The position numbers and the translations under genes were made by a program. A stretch of DNA of 64,000 nt from positions 97,183-161,182 of the forward strand of contig CAVQCH010000007.1 of assembly GCA_963710945.1 (NCBI GenBank), in the 5' to 3' direction. Under the pieces are notes generated by a model that saw nothing but the letters and a program-made list of their open reading frames with translations, was not told where the DNA came from and made no database searches. Shown here in pieces: positions 28,562-37,340 of this stretch; the stretch's first letter is position 1; each line of letters begins with the position of its first letter. Source of the DNA: an uncultured Acidobacteriota bacterium (GTDB taxonomy: Bacteria > Acidobacteriota > Thermoanaerobaculia > UBA5066 > Gp7-AA6).

Positions 28562-28858
28562 TTAGGCGCGCGGGTAGGAGACGGCGTTGTCGTAGGTCTC
28601 CACGATCGGAGTTCCCTCGATGACCGTCGTGAGCTTGGCGAGAACCTGCGGGTACGTGCCGGTCTGCCAGGCGTCGGCGCTCTGACGATTGTCCCAGAGG
28701 CTGATGGCGTGAACGCCCTTGGGGTTGACCAGGGTCACTTCCTCCTGGAAGCCGTTCTGCTTCCGGAGCATCGGGAGGACTTCCTTCTCGAACAGGCCGG
28801 TGAACTCCTGCTCTTTCCCGGTCTTGATCTTGAACTGGACGTTGCGTGCGAATCGCAT
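28562..28858 (-). CDS. small ABM/Dabb-type protein, paralog 2
   Basis: ATG 28858 (MRFARNVQFKIK...) gives the same 98-aa length as the 18625..18921 product. The track ORF starts 5 codons earlier. Confidence 0.6.
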   Translation of the reverse strand: MRFARNVQFKIKTGKEQEFTGLFEKEVLPMLRKQNGFQEEVTLVNPKGVHAISLWDNRQSADAWQTGTYPQVLAKLTTVIEGTPIVETYDNAVSYPRA

Positions 28859-28982
28859 GGCGGTACTCCTCAATCCTTGAGTGGGTGGCCTTCGTCGGGA
28901 ACATCCCGACTTCGAAGGAAGGAGACGGCGACGACAAGGTTCCGAGGCCGGCTGGTTCTCTGAAGGACCTCGACCGTATCAC
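28859..28982 (-). promoter_or_regulatory. conserved 5' leader, copy 2
   Basis: Aligns by eye with 18922-19045 up to ...cgaccgtatcac. Confidence 0.35.
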
Positions 28983-29097
28983 ACGCTCGCGGCGCGTGCG
29001 GGCGATTCGCCGTTCTCGACGAGATAAGGGGTGTATGGTGGAAGTCCGTCCCAACGGTGGTACAGGTCCGTCCCACTCGCAAGGTCAGGAGGAATCC

Positions 29098-29589
29098 ATG
29101 AATCGCACTCGACTCATCGTCGGCATCGCCCTGGGTCTCGTCATCAGTGTCGGCGCGCAGGCTGCCGAGAAGAAGATCAAGCAGTCGGATCTGCCAGCGG
29201 CTGTACAGAAGTCGGCCGAGCTGCAGAGCGCCGGCGCGACGGTCACCGGCTACACCAGCGACAAGGTGGATGGCGCGATGGTCTACGAGATGAACCTCGT
29301 GACCGACGGGCTCACCCGCAGCGTCTCGATGGACCAGGACGGCGCCGTCGTCTCGGTCGAACAGGAGATCACCTGGGCGCAGGTTCCCGCGGACGTCAAG
29401 ACCGACTTCACGAACGTGACCGGCAAGGGCAAGCTCGGCGCCGTCAGCTCGATCACGAAGCAGGGCAAGATCGTCTCGTACGAGGCGGTGATCGTGAATC
29501 CGAAGGGAGAAAAGTCCCGCGTGCAGGTCAAGCCGAATCCGACCACCGCGGCGCTGGCTCCGATCCCGGTCGCCGACGTCAAGCAGTAG
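29098..29589 (+). CDS. secreted PepSY-like (two-repeat) protein
   Basis: ATG 29098 is preceded by AGGAGG. Signal peptide MNRTRLIVGIALGLVISVGAQA. Two LP..V...-type repeats (DLPAAVQKS...VYEMNL; VPADVKTDF...VSYEAVI). Confidence 0.5.
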   Translation: MNRTRLIVGIALGLVISVGAQAAEKKIKQSDLPAAVQKSAELQSAGATVTGYTSDKVDGAMVYEMNLVTDGLTRSVSMDQDGAVVSVEQEITWAQVPADVKTDFTNVTGKGKLGAVSSITKQGKIVSYEAVIVNPKGEKSRVQVKPNPTTAALAPIPVADVKQ

Positions 29590-29610
29590 TCCTCACCAGG
29601 CAGGCACGCA

Positions 29611-29641
29611 GGGCGGTCCGCAAGGGCCGCCCTTTTTCTTT
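29611..29641 (+). terminator. rho-independent terminator
   Basis: GGGCGG-tccgcaaggg-CCGCCC followed by TTTTTCTTT. Confidence 0.55.
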
Positions 29642-29731
29642 GGCTTTGATTGCGGAAACGGCTCGTCCGCCGCGTTGCCCGATTAATTGAGCCCGGCTGC
29701 CGGGGGAGGACTCAAAACCTGGGGGTTCGGC

Positions 29732-30115
29732 CTATTTCTTCTTCCGGGCGGGGCGTTCTGCCGTGCCCGGCCGGGAGCGGCGCGTCGGCGCCAGGCCGAG
29801 GCGAACGAGTCTTTGAGCCAGGGCATATATGTCGTCGCGCGCGCCTTCGCGGCGCAGGCCTGCGGCGACGACGTGGACCGTGCCGGCATCGGGGTCGATC
29901 GAATAGATGAGGCGATACCGCTGGCCCACCGAGCGCAGGCTCCGGAATCCCAGAAGCTCGGCGCGCAGGGGTTTACCTTGCTTTTCGGGATCGAGCTCGA
30001 GTCGCTTGGAGGTATCGAAGAGTTGCTGCTGGAGTCGCCGGTCGGAAACGGCCTCGAGCATCTGCAGCGCCGCGGCCGTCCAGAGGACCTCGTGGCGCCG
30101 TCGCGCCACGCTCAA
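29732..30115 (-). CDS. RelE/ParE-family type II toxin with a basic C-terminal extension
   Basis: 127 aa. ...KPLRAELLGFRSLRSVGQRYRLIYSIDPDAGTVHVVAAGLRREG... is the RelE/ParE core. 4-nt overlap with the upstream antitoxin gene. Confidence 0.65.
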   Translation of the reverse strand: MSVARRRHEVLWTAAALQMLEAVSDRRLQQQLFDTSKRLELDPEKQGKPLRAELLGFRSLRSVGQRYRLIYSIDPDAGTVHVVAAGLRREGARDDIYALAQRLVRLGLAPTRRSRPGTAERPARKKK

Positions 30116-30387
30116 CGGTTCAGGCCGAGGCGACTGGCGACATCATCGAGAGTGTGGACTCGGCCCGACTCGATGTCCTGCAGACTCATTCGCAGAGCTT
30201 CGACGGACTCCGGGTCCGACAGCAAGTCCAGGGTCTCGGTGATCGCGTCGTAAAGCTCCGCGGACATCAGCGTCATCGCGGGCTTTCCGCGGTGGGTGAT
30301 TCGGACCACCTCTTCCGGGTTCTTCTGAAGCTCTCGACTCAGGCCGGTCAGCGTCTCGCGGGCCTTCATCAGGGCGATCTCTGTCAT
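30112..30387 (-). CDS. Phd/YefM-family antitoxin
   Basis: 91 aa. ...VRITHRGKPAMTLMSAELYDAITETLDLLSDPE... is typical of Phd/YefM. Confidence 0.75.
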   Translation of the reverse strand: MTEIALMKARETLTGLSRELQKNPEEVVRITHRGKPAMTLMSAELYDAITETLDLLSDPESVEALRMSLQDIESGRVHTLDDVASRLGLNR

Positions 30388-30504
30388 GGCGGTTACTCCG
30401 TACTGTTAACCGTACGGATAGTAGTACCATCACGCGCAATCGTCAAGCGGCGGCCTCGGTCCCCTCGCAACATCGCCATGCTCCGATCGTAAGCACAACA
30501 GGGG

Positions 30505-31464
30505 ATGGTCAGGATGCGACAAGACAAGCTGAGCCGCCGCGCTTTCCTGGCCTCGATCGGCGCGGCGGGCGCCGCGTCGGCCCTTCGTCCCTTGAACGCC
30601 GCGGTTCCTCCCGAGACGCCGCCGGCTCGTCCCGGGCCGATCCTGACGCGCGCCATCCCGTCGAGCGGGGAAAAGCTGCCGCTCGTCGGGCTCGGGAGCT
30701 GGATCACGTTCAACGTCGGCGACGACGTCGCGGCGCGCAACTCCTGCGCGGACGTCATGGGCGCCTTCTTCGAGGGAGGCGGGCGCCTCATCGACTCGTC
30801 GCCGATGTACGGGTCGTCGCAGGAGGTCATCGGGTACGGCCTGGGGAGGCTCGGCCACCCGCCGCAGCTCTTCGCGGCCGACAAGGTCTGGATCTCGTCG
30901 GGCGCCAAAGGTCCCGAGCAGATCGCCGAATCCCTGAAGCGCTGGGGGATCCCGCGCTTCGATCTGCTCGAGGTCCACAACCTCATGTCGTGGGAGGAGC
31001 ACCTCCCGACGCTCTTCGCGATGAAGAAGGCCGGCAAGCTCCGCTACGTCGGCGTCACGACCTCGGAGGGACGGCGCCACGACGAGATGGAAAAGGTGAT
31101 GCGCAGCCAGCCGATCGACTTCGTGCAGGTCACGTACAACGTGCTCGACCGCGAGGTCGAGGAGCGCATCCTGCCGCTTGCCATCGAGCGCAAGATCGGC
31201 GTGATCTGCAACCGACCGCTCCGCCGCGGCGAGCTCATCCGCCGGGTCGAGAAGGCGCCGCTGCCGCCGTGGGCGGCCGAGATCGACTGCGCAAACTGGG
31301 CGCAGGTGCTCCTGAAGTTCATCGTCTCGCATCCGGCCGTCAACTCGGCGATTCCCGCGACGTCTCGCGTGGACCACGTCCGGCAGAACGTCGGCGCGTC
31401 GTACGGGCGCCTTCCGGACGAGGCCATGCGCCGCCGCATCGTCGCCCACGTCGAGAAGCTCTGA
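30505..31464 (+). CDS. aldo/keto reductase with twin-arginine signal
   Basis: SRRAFLASIGAAGAASA Tat-type signal, then the AKR fold (...IDSSPMYGSSQEVIG...LEVHNL...YVGVTT...). Confidence 0.8.
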   Translation: MVRMRQDKLSRRAFLASIGAAGAASALRPLNAAVPPETPPARPGPILTRAIPSSGEKLPLVGLGSWITFNVGDDVAARNSCADVMGAFFEGGGRLIDSSPMYGSSQEVIGYGLGRLGHPPQLFAADKVWISSGAKGPEQIAESLKRWGIPRFDLLEVHNLMSWEEHLPTLFAMKKAGKLRYVGVTTSEGRRHDEMEKVMRSQPIDFVQVTYNVLDREVEERILPLAIERKIGVICNRPLRRGELIRRVEKAPLPPWAAEIDCANWAQVLLKFIVSHPAVNSAIPATSRVDHVRQNVGASYGRLPDEAMRRRIVAHVEKL

Positions 31465-32144
31465 TGTCGGAGTGGTGGACCTACAGGATCTCGAGCTTTC
31501 TCCTCTTCTCGCCCCGCACGTACCACCGGCTCTTCGAGCTCTACAACCGCGCGATCTGGCCGGCACAGGTCGTCGCGGCCGTGCTCGGGCTCGTGATCCT
31601 GGCGCGCGCCTGGCGGGGGGCGGGAGAGCGGGAGCGGGCGATCCCGGCGATTCTCGCGGCGTGCTGGCTCTGGATTGCCGTCGCGTTTCTCGCGCTGCGT
31701 TACGCCACGATCAACTTCGCCGCGATCCACTTCGCGTGGGGGTTTGGGATCGAGGCGGCGCTGCTCGTGTGGATGGGCGTGGTGCGGCGCGGGCTCGCGT
31801 TCGAGCGGCCGGCCGGGCTGGCGGGATGGGTCGGCGTCGCCATGTTCGTCGTCGGCCTCGCGATCGTGCCGCTGATCGGGCCCATTCTGGGGAGGAGCTG
31901 GTCGGAGACCGAGACCTTCGGCGTCGCGCCGGATCCGACGGTCGTCGCGACGCTCGGCGTGCTCCTGCTCGCCAGGGGCCGAGGACGGTGGCTGTTGATG
32001 GTCGTGCCGGTTGTCTGGTGCGCGATCACCGGCGCGTTCCTCTCGGCGATGGAAGCGCCGGAGGCCTGGGCTTCTCCCGCCACGGCGGTACTGGCTGTCG
32101 GGGCGGCGGCGTGGCAGGGGCGCAGGGGGCGTCGGATGGCGTAA
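31464..32144 (+). CDS. integral membrane protein (DUF6064-like, tentative)
   Basis: ATG 31464 overlaps the AKR stop (TGATG). MSEWWTYRISSFLLFSPRTYHRLFELYN..., followed by about 6 hydrophobic segments. Confidence 0.5.
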   Translation: MSEWWTYRISSFLLFSPRTYHRLFELYNRAIWPAQVVAAVLGLVILARAWRGAGERERAIPAILAACWLWIAVAFLALRYATINFAAIHFAWGFGIEAALLVWMGVVRRGLAFERPAGLAGWVGVAMFVVGLAIVPLIGPILGRSWSETETFGVAPDPTVVATLGVLLLARGRGRWLLMVVPVVWCAITGAFLSAMEAPEAWASPATAVLAVGAAAWQGRRGRRMA

Positions 32145-32176
32145 CTCCCACCGACACCCGTCGCAGAACCCATCCG

Positions 32177-32322
32177 CCTGTCATCCCGAGGAGCGAAGCG
32201 ACGAGGGATCCCGGACTCGATTGCCACCATCCCATGTCGAGTTCGGGATCCCTCGCTGCGCTCGGGATGACAGCCTTTACCGGGTCGGGATCCTGGACTC
32301 GATGCCACCGTCGCAAGTCGAG
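32177..32322. repeat. family A palindromic repeat plus a partial second copy
   Basis: cctgtcatcccgaggagcgaagcgacgagggatcccggactcgattgccacc...cgggatccctcgctgcgctcgggatgacag, then gggatcctggactcgatgccaccg.... Confidence 0.7.
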
Positions 32323-32398
32323 GCGGTGATAGCCTTCGCCCGTCGTTTCCTTTTGATGAACAGGAGGGAGTCCATGAAGTTCAAACACGTTCTGGCGT

Positions 32399-32854
32399 TT
32401 GCCGTGTCGTTGGTTCTGGCGACGGTTGCTCTGGCTCAGGCGCCGGGAGGCGAAGGCGAAGAGCGCTCCGAAGGCGGGGAATGCCGCGGTCTTCATGCCG
32501 GCCGCCGACATGAAGTGGGCCGCGCTCGACCCCAACGCCCCGGGAGTGATGATTGCGGACCTGTGGGGCAATCACACGAAGGGCGCTTTCGGCGCGCTGA
32601 ACAAGTTTCCCGCCGGGTGGAGCGCTCCGATGCACACCCACACCCACGACATGAAGCTCGTGGTCGTCTCGGGCACCTGGATTCACACGCCGGAGGGAAA
32701 GCCCGAGGTCCGGCTCGGACCGGGCTCCTACATGATGCAGCCGGGCGGGAACTACCGCCACTCGTCGGCCTGCGACAAGGCCTCCGAGTGCGTGTGTTAC
32801 ATCCAGAGCAACGGACCGTTCGACATCAAGCCGGTCGAGGCCGCCAAGAAGTAG
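32399..32854 (+). CDS. cupin-fold protein (DUF4437-like); signal peptide lies in a different frame
   Basis: Mature part ...MKWAALDPNAPGVMIADLWGNHTKGAFGALNKFPAGWSAPMHTHTHD...SGTWIH.... A good start (ATG 32374, AGGAGGGAG upstream) encodes the signal peptide MKFKHVLAFAVSLVLATVALAQAP in frame 1. The reading must shift to frame 2 near 32440-32446. Confidence 0.55.
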   Translation: MPCRWFWRRLLWLRRREAKAKSAPKAGNAAVFMPAADMKWAALDPNAPGVMIADLWGNHTKGAFGALNKFPAGWSAPMHTHTHDMKLVVVSGTWIHTPEGKPEVRLGPGSYMMQPGGNYRHSSACDKASECVCYIQSNGPFDIKPVEAAKK

Positions 32855-32877
32855 CCTCTCCTTCTCGAAGCAAGCAC

Positions 32878-32909
32878 GGGCCCGGAGCGATCCGGGCCCG
32901 TTTCATTTT
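32878..32909 (+). terminator. hairpin plus U-tract between convergent genes
   Basis: GGGCCCGGA-gcga-TCCGGGCCC followed by GTTTCATTTT. Confidence 0.5.
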
Positions 32910-33325
32910 CGGTACGGAGCATACGGAGCGTACGGGGCCACGACCGGCGGCGCGTCGTAGACGCGGCGGTACGCCCAGTGCGGGAACGGGAAATAGACGA
33001 ACACGGGGACCAGACGATAAGCGGGCGCATAGACGCCCGCGTATGGGTACGGACCGTAGGCACTGTAGCCGTATCCGCCGTAGCCATAGCGGTAGCCGCG
33101 GGCGTGCCCGTACCCGCCATGACCGTAGTAGCCGCCACCGTGCCCGTGACCGCCGTGGCCGTAGCCGTGACCGCCGCCGTTGCCGTGGCCATGCTGGCCG
33201 CCCTGCGATCCGTGACCGTAGTCATGACCCTGCTGCGCCTCCATGTTCGAAGTCGCGGGGCCCAGGAACAGGACCGCCGACGCCAGCGCGACGGCCGTCG
33301 CGAGAGACTTGATTCGTTTTCCCAT
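32903..33325 (-). CDS. secreted Gly/His/Tyr-rich low-complexity protein
   Basis: ATG 33325 is preceded by GGGAGG. Signal peptide MGKRIKSLATAVALASAVLFLGPA. Then GHDYGHGSQGGQHGHGNGGGHGYGHGGHGHGGGYYGHGGYGH... and a Tyr/Pro/Ala-rich tail. Confidence 0.5.
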   Translation of the reverse strand: MGKRIKSLATAVALASAVLFLGPATSNMEAQQGHDYGHGSQGGQHGHGNGGGHGYGHGGHGHGGGYYGHGGYGHARGYRYGYGGYGYSAYGPYPYAGVYAPAYRLVPVFVYFPFPHWAYRRVYDAPPVVAPYAPYAPYRK

Positions 33326-33551
33326 GGTTGCCTCCCGCCATCCGTGATCGCAACGCGCGTGCCGCGCTCCCGCCGAGCAACCTGCCGGCTTCAAGGCGCT
33401 GGAATTCAGACGTTTAGACCTCCGAGCCCAGCCGGCGAGCCGGGCGCCGGAGTGTCGCCGCGCCGCGACAAGTGACCCCGTGGGATGCACCCCGCCGCCA
33501 GTTCTAAAATCGTACTGGCGGGTGGGACGCCACCTGCGAGAGATTGTTGCC

Positions 33552-34268
33552 ATGAAGGCGTACGGCCAGTACTGCCCGGTGGCTCGGGCGCTCGAGGTCG
33601 TCGGGGATCGCTGGTCGCTCCTGATCGTCCGGGACCTGCTCCTCGGCAGCCGCGGCTTCAACGAGCTCGAGCGGCACCTGCCGGGAATTTCGCGGTCTAT
33701 CCTGGCGCAGCGGCTGCGTCTGCTCGAGCGCGGCGGCGTCATCGCGCGCGAGCTCGGCGCCGACGGCCGCGCGCGCGCCTACGGCCTGACCGAGTCGGGG
33801 CGCGAGCTCAAGCCCGTCGTCGCTTCGTTCCGGGAGTGGGGCGGGCGCTGGGCGACCGAGGACCCGCGTCCGGCCGAGCTCGACCCGGCCTGGCTGCTGA
33901 CTTCGATGGTTCAGCGTCGCCGTCCGGCGGAGCTGCCGCCGCGGCGCGTCGTGGTGGAGTGCCGCTTCCGCGGCGGCCGCCGGTCGCTCGTCTGGCTCGT
34001 CCTCGACTCCCGCGGGGGGAGCGAGGTCTGCCTGAAGGATCCGGGCTTTCCCGTGGATCTCGTGATTGCGGCCGAGGTGCGGGCCTTCTTCCGGCTCTTC
34101 ATCGGCCGGCTGTCTCGCGCCGAGGCGGACCGGCGCGGTCTCGTGAGGATGGACGGGCCGCGCGAGCTCGTCCGGAGATTCCCGTCCTGGTTCGACTGGC
34201 CGTCGGTGCCGCCGCCGGCCGCCGATTCGAAACACGGCGACGCCCGCGTCGCCAGGAGGTCGTCATGA
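33552..34268 (+). CDS. HxlR-family transcriptional regulator with C-terminal extension
   Basis: YCPVARALEVVGDRWSLLIVRDLL...FNELER..PGISRSILAQRLRLLE is the HxlR winged helix. ATG 33552 lies inside the track ORF. Confidence 0.8.
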   Translation: MKAYGQYCPVARALEVVGDRWSLLIVRDLLLGSRGFNELERHLPGISRSILAQRLRLLERGGVIARELGADGRARAYGLTESGRELKPVVASFREWGGRWATEDPRPAELDPAWLLTSMVQRRRPAELPPRRVVVECRFRGGRRSLVWLVLDSRGGSEVCLKDPGFPVDLVIAAEVRAFFRLFIGRLSRAEADRRGLVRMDGPRELVRRFPSWFDWPSVPPPAADSKHGDARVARRSS

Positions 34269-35923
34269 AGAGAACGCTCGCCGTCCTGTTCGCATCCGCC
34301 CTGCTCGCCGCCGCGCCTTCGCGCACGATGGCCCAGGAGCAACACCAGCACTCGCACGGCGACTCGGAGCAGTACGGCACCGTGAACTTCCCGGCGTCGT
34401 GCAGCGCCGACGTCCTGCCGCTCTTCACCCGCGGCGTCGCGCAGCTCCACTCGTTCGGATACGAGGAGGCGCGGCGGACCTTCGAGGACGTCGTCAAGAA
34501 GGACCCGCGCTGCGCGATCGCCTACTGGGGAATCGCGATGACGTACTGGCACCCGCTCTGGGCTCCGCCGGGAAAGGAGGAGCTCGCCGCCGGGCGCGCC
34601 GCGGCCGCGAAGGCGGCGGAGATCGGGGCGAAGACCGACCGCGAAAACGCCTACATCGGCGCGATCGTCGTCTTCTACCGCGACTCCGACTCGGTCGGCC
34701 ACGGACAGCGCGCGAAGGCCTACAGCGACGCGATGGCGTCCGTCTCGCAGAAGTTCCCGGACGACCACGAGGCCGCCATCTTCTACGCCTTGTCGCTGCT
34801 GGGAACGGCGCCTCCGGGCGATCTGACGTACGCGAATCAGAAGAAGGCGGCCGCGATCCTGAACGCGCTGCTGCCGCTCGAGCCGCAGCACCCGGGGATC
34901 TCGCACTACATGATCCATTCTTTCGACTATCCGTCCCTCGCCCTGGATGCGCTGCCGGCGGCGCGCGCGTACGCGAAGATCGCGCCGTCCTCGCCGCACG
35001 CGCTCCACATGCCGTCGCACATCTTCACGCGCCTCGGCTACTGGCAGGAATCGATCGCGTCGAACCTCGCCTCGGCCGAAGCGGGCCGGCAGCTCGTCGC
35101 GAAGCGGCATCCGGGCGCGGCCTCGTTCGACACGCTGCACGCCCTGGACTACCTCGAGTACGCCTACCTGCAGATCGGCGACGAGGCGAACGCCCGCGGC
35201 GTGGTCGAGGAGGCCGCGGCGGCGAAAACGTTCGACGAGGGCACGTTCGCGGCAGGGTTCTCGCTCGTCGCGATTCCCGCGCGCTGGACGCTCGAGCGCA
35301 GGGACTGGAAGGGAGCGGCGGCGCTCACGTCTTCGAACGCCGGGCTGCCGTGGGACCGCTTCGCCTACGCTCCGGCGGTCACCGAGTTTGCGAAGGCGCT
35401 CGGCGGGGCGCGGTCGGGCGACCTCGCCGCGGCGCGAGCGGCCCTCGCGAAGCTCTCGGAGATTCAGGCGTACCTCGTCAAGACGCCGGTGCCGGGTCCC
35501 TACGACTGGGCGATGCAGGTCGAGTCCATGCGCCTGGCGGCGCAGGCGTGGCTGCTGTACGCCGAGGGAAAGAAGGACGAAGCCGTCGCGATGGCGCGCA
35601 CGGCGGCCGACCTCGAGGAGAAGGCGGGCAAGCATCCGGTGACGCCGGGGGCGGTCCTGCCGGCGCGCGAGCTCGCGGGCGACATGCTGCTCGAGATGGG
35701 GCGGCCGAAGGAAGCGCTGGTGGAATACGAAGCGTCGCTCGTGCAGGCGCCCAAGCGCTTCAACAGCCTCTACGGCGCCGCGCGCGCCGCCGCGGACGCC
35801 GGTCAGGCCGCGAAGGCGCGCGGGTTCTACGAGGTCTTGATCGCACAGTGCGTCCCGGGATCGCCGCGCCCGGAGCTCGCCCTGGCGAAGGTGGCGGTGG
35901 GGGAGAAGACGGCGGCGCGGTGA
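34265..35923 (+). CDS. secreted helical-repeat (TPR-like) protein, function unknown
   Basis: ATG 34265 overlaps the HxlR stop (ATGA). Signal peptide MKRTLAVLFASALLAAAPSRTMAQ. About 550 aa, alpha-helical, Ala-rich. HALHMPSHIF motif. Confidence 0.55.
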   Translation: MKRTLAVLFASALLAAAPSRTMAQEQHQHSHGDSEQYGTVNFPASCSADVLPLFTRGVAQLHSFGYEEARRTFEDVVKKDPRCAIAYWGIAMTYWHPLWAPPGKEELAAGRAAAAKAAEIGAKTDRENAYIGAIVVFYRDSDSVGHGQRAKAYSDAMASVSQKFPDDHEAAIFYALSLLGTAPPGDLTYANQKKAAAILNALLPLEPQHPGISHYMIHSFDYPSLALDALPAARAYAKIAPSSPHALHMPSHIFTRLGYWQESIASNLASAEAGRQLVAKRHPGAASFDTLHALDYLEYAYLQIGDEANARGVVEEAAAAKTFDEGTFAAGFSLVAIPARWTLERRDWKGAAALTSSNAGLPWDRFAYAPAVTEFAKALGGARSGDLAAARAALAKLSEIQAYLVKTPVPGPYDWAMQVESMRLAAQAWLLYAEGKKDEAVAMARTAADLEEKAGKHPVTPGAVLPARELAGDMLLEMGRPKEALVEYEASLVQAPKRFNSLYGAARAAADAGQAAKARGFYEVLIAQCVPGSPRPELALAKVAVGEKTAAR

Positions 35924-35930
35924 CCGTTCC

Positions 35931-36008
35931 GTAGGGGCGGGGCTTGCCCCCGCCCGCCCGAGCCGCAGTGTGACGATCGCGGGCGGCCGCAAGGGCCGCC
36001 CCTACGAC
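35931..36008. repeat. family C hairpin repeat (GTAGGGGCGGGGC...GGCGGCCGCAAGGGCCGCCCCTAC)
   Basis: The termini gtaggggcgg / ccgcccctac are inverted. A second copy lies at 61193-61248. Confidence 0.6.
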
Positions 36009-36040
36009 GCGGGGCGATGTCGCGATGCGACCTGGATGCC

Positions 36041-36436
36041 CTACGGCTCCTCTTCCTCTTTCCTCCTGACCCGCTCTCCGGGCTGGAAGCCGCCGTCGTT
36101 GGGCTCGATGTCCGCGCCCGTGCGCCAGCCGAAGCGCTTGCCCTCGAGGTCGAAGCGCTCGGAAGTGCGGTCGGCATCGTGGAAGGGCTCCCATCCGATG
36201 CGCGAGGAGTCGCCCTCCTCGACGTCGTCGCGGTCCTCGTCGTCCGCGAGGCCTCCGGTGCCGACGGCCTCTCCGCGGTCGATGCCGAGGCCCGTCGCGG
36301 TTCCCGACGCGATCTGCTGAAACGCCCCCTCCTCGTCCCCGGTCGACGCCATCGTCTCCGCGTCGTCCACGCCGGACGCCTCGCTCGACATGCCCTGGCG
36401 CTCGGTCCGCTCGGGGTCGTGGTCGGTTCGTTTCAT
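36041..36436 (-). CDS. acidic hypothetical protein
   Basis: ATG 36436 is preceded by AAGGAG. Asp/Glu/Gly-rich, 131 aa, no domain recognised. Coding status rests on the SD sequence and non-shadow composition only. Confidence 0.4.
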   Translation of the reverse strand: MKRTDHDPERTERQGMSSEASGVDDAETMASTGDEEGAFQQIASGTATGLGIDRGEAVGTGGLADDEDRDDVEEGDSSRIGWEPFHDADRTSERFDLEGKRFGWRTGADIEPNDGGFQPGERVRRKEEEEP

Positions 36437-36528
36437 GGGAGCTCCTTGTGTCATCCGGAGCCTAGCGCGGCGGCGGACGCCTGTCGAGATGCACGCGTCC
36501 GGCGCGGAGATAGAGTCTGCTTTCCGGA

Positions 36529-37335
36529 ATGCCCGAGGGAAACACGATCCATCGCCTCGCGCGGATTCACACGCGCGACTTCGCCGGCCGCCGCGTCGCG
36601 GTGAGCTCGCCGCAGGGCCGCTTCGCGAAAGAGGCCAAACGTCTGGACGGACGGCGGTTCGTGCGCGCGGACGCCTACGGCAAGCACCTCTTCCACCACT
36701 GGAGCGGCGGCCTCGTCGTGCACGTGCACCTCGGTATGGCGGGCTGGTTCTACCGGTACCCGAAGGCCGTGCCGGATCCGCGGCCGACGGTGCGGATGCG
36801 CCTCTCGGCGCGGGGCGTGGCGTCGGACCTGATCGGACCGCCGACCTGCGAGCTGATACCGGAGTTCGCGCGCCGGGCGCTTCTCGAGCGGCTCGGACCC
36901 GACCCGCTGCGCGAGGACTTCGACCCGGACCGGGCGCTCGCGGCGCTGCAGAAGCGGCCCCGGCGGACGATCGGCGACGCGCTGCTCGATCAGCGCGTTC
37001 TCGCCGGCGTCGGGAACATCTATCGAAACGAGGCGCTCTTCCTGACGGGCATCCATCCGCTCCGGCGTTCCGCGAGCGTGGCGGGCGAGGAATGGGACCG
37101 ACTCTGGCGGACGGTCCGCAGGCTCATGCGCCGCGGCGTCGGCCAGGCGCGGGTCCGCACGGTGGAGCCGGGCGAGCCGCCGCCGCATCCGCTGTCCGGG
37201 CGAGGAGCGGACGACTCGTTCTACGTCTACCAGCAGGGCGGCTGCCGGCGGTGCGGCGCGGCGGTCAGCGAGTTCCCGCTGTCCGGAAGGCGCATGTTCG
37301 CGTGCCCGCGGTGCCAGCCGCGGGGCCGGCGGTAG
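36529..37335 (+). CDS. Fpg/Nei-family DNA glycosylase/AP lyase (Nei-like)
   Basis: N-terminal MPEGNT (catalytic Pro2/Glu3), H2TH block LDQRVLAGVGNIYRNEALF, C-terminal zinc finger CRRCGAAV...FACPRC. Confidence 0.85.
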   Translation: MPEGNTIHRLARIHTRDFAGRRVAVSSPQGRFAKEAKRLDGRRFVRADAYGKHLFHHWSGGLVVHVHLGMAGWFYRYPKAVPDPRPTVRMRLSARGVASDLIGPPTCELIPEFARRALLERLGPDPLREDFDPDRALAALQKRPRRTIGDALLDQRVLAGVGNIYRNEALFLTGIHPLRRSASVAGEEWDRLWRTVRRLMRRGVGQARVRTVEPGEPPPHPLSGRGADDSFYVYQQGGCRRCGAAVSEFPLSGRRMFACPRCQPRGRR

Positions 37336-37340
37336 GTCAC

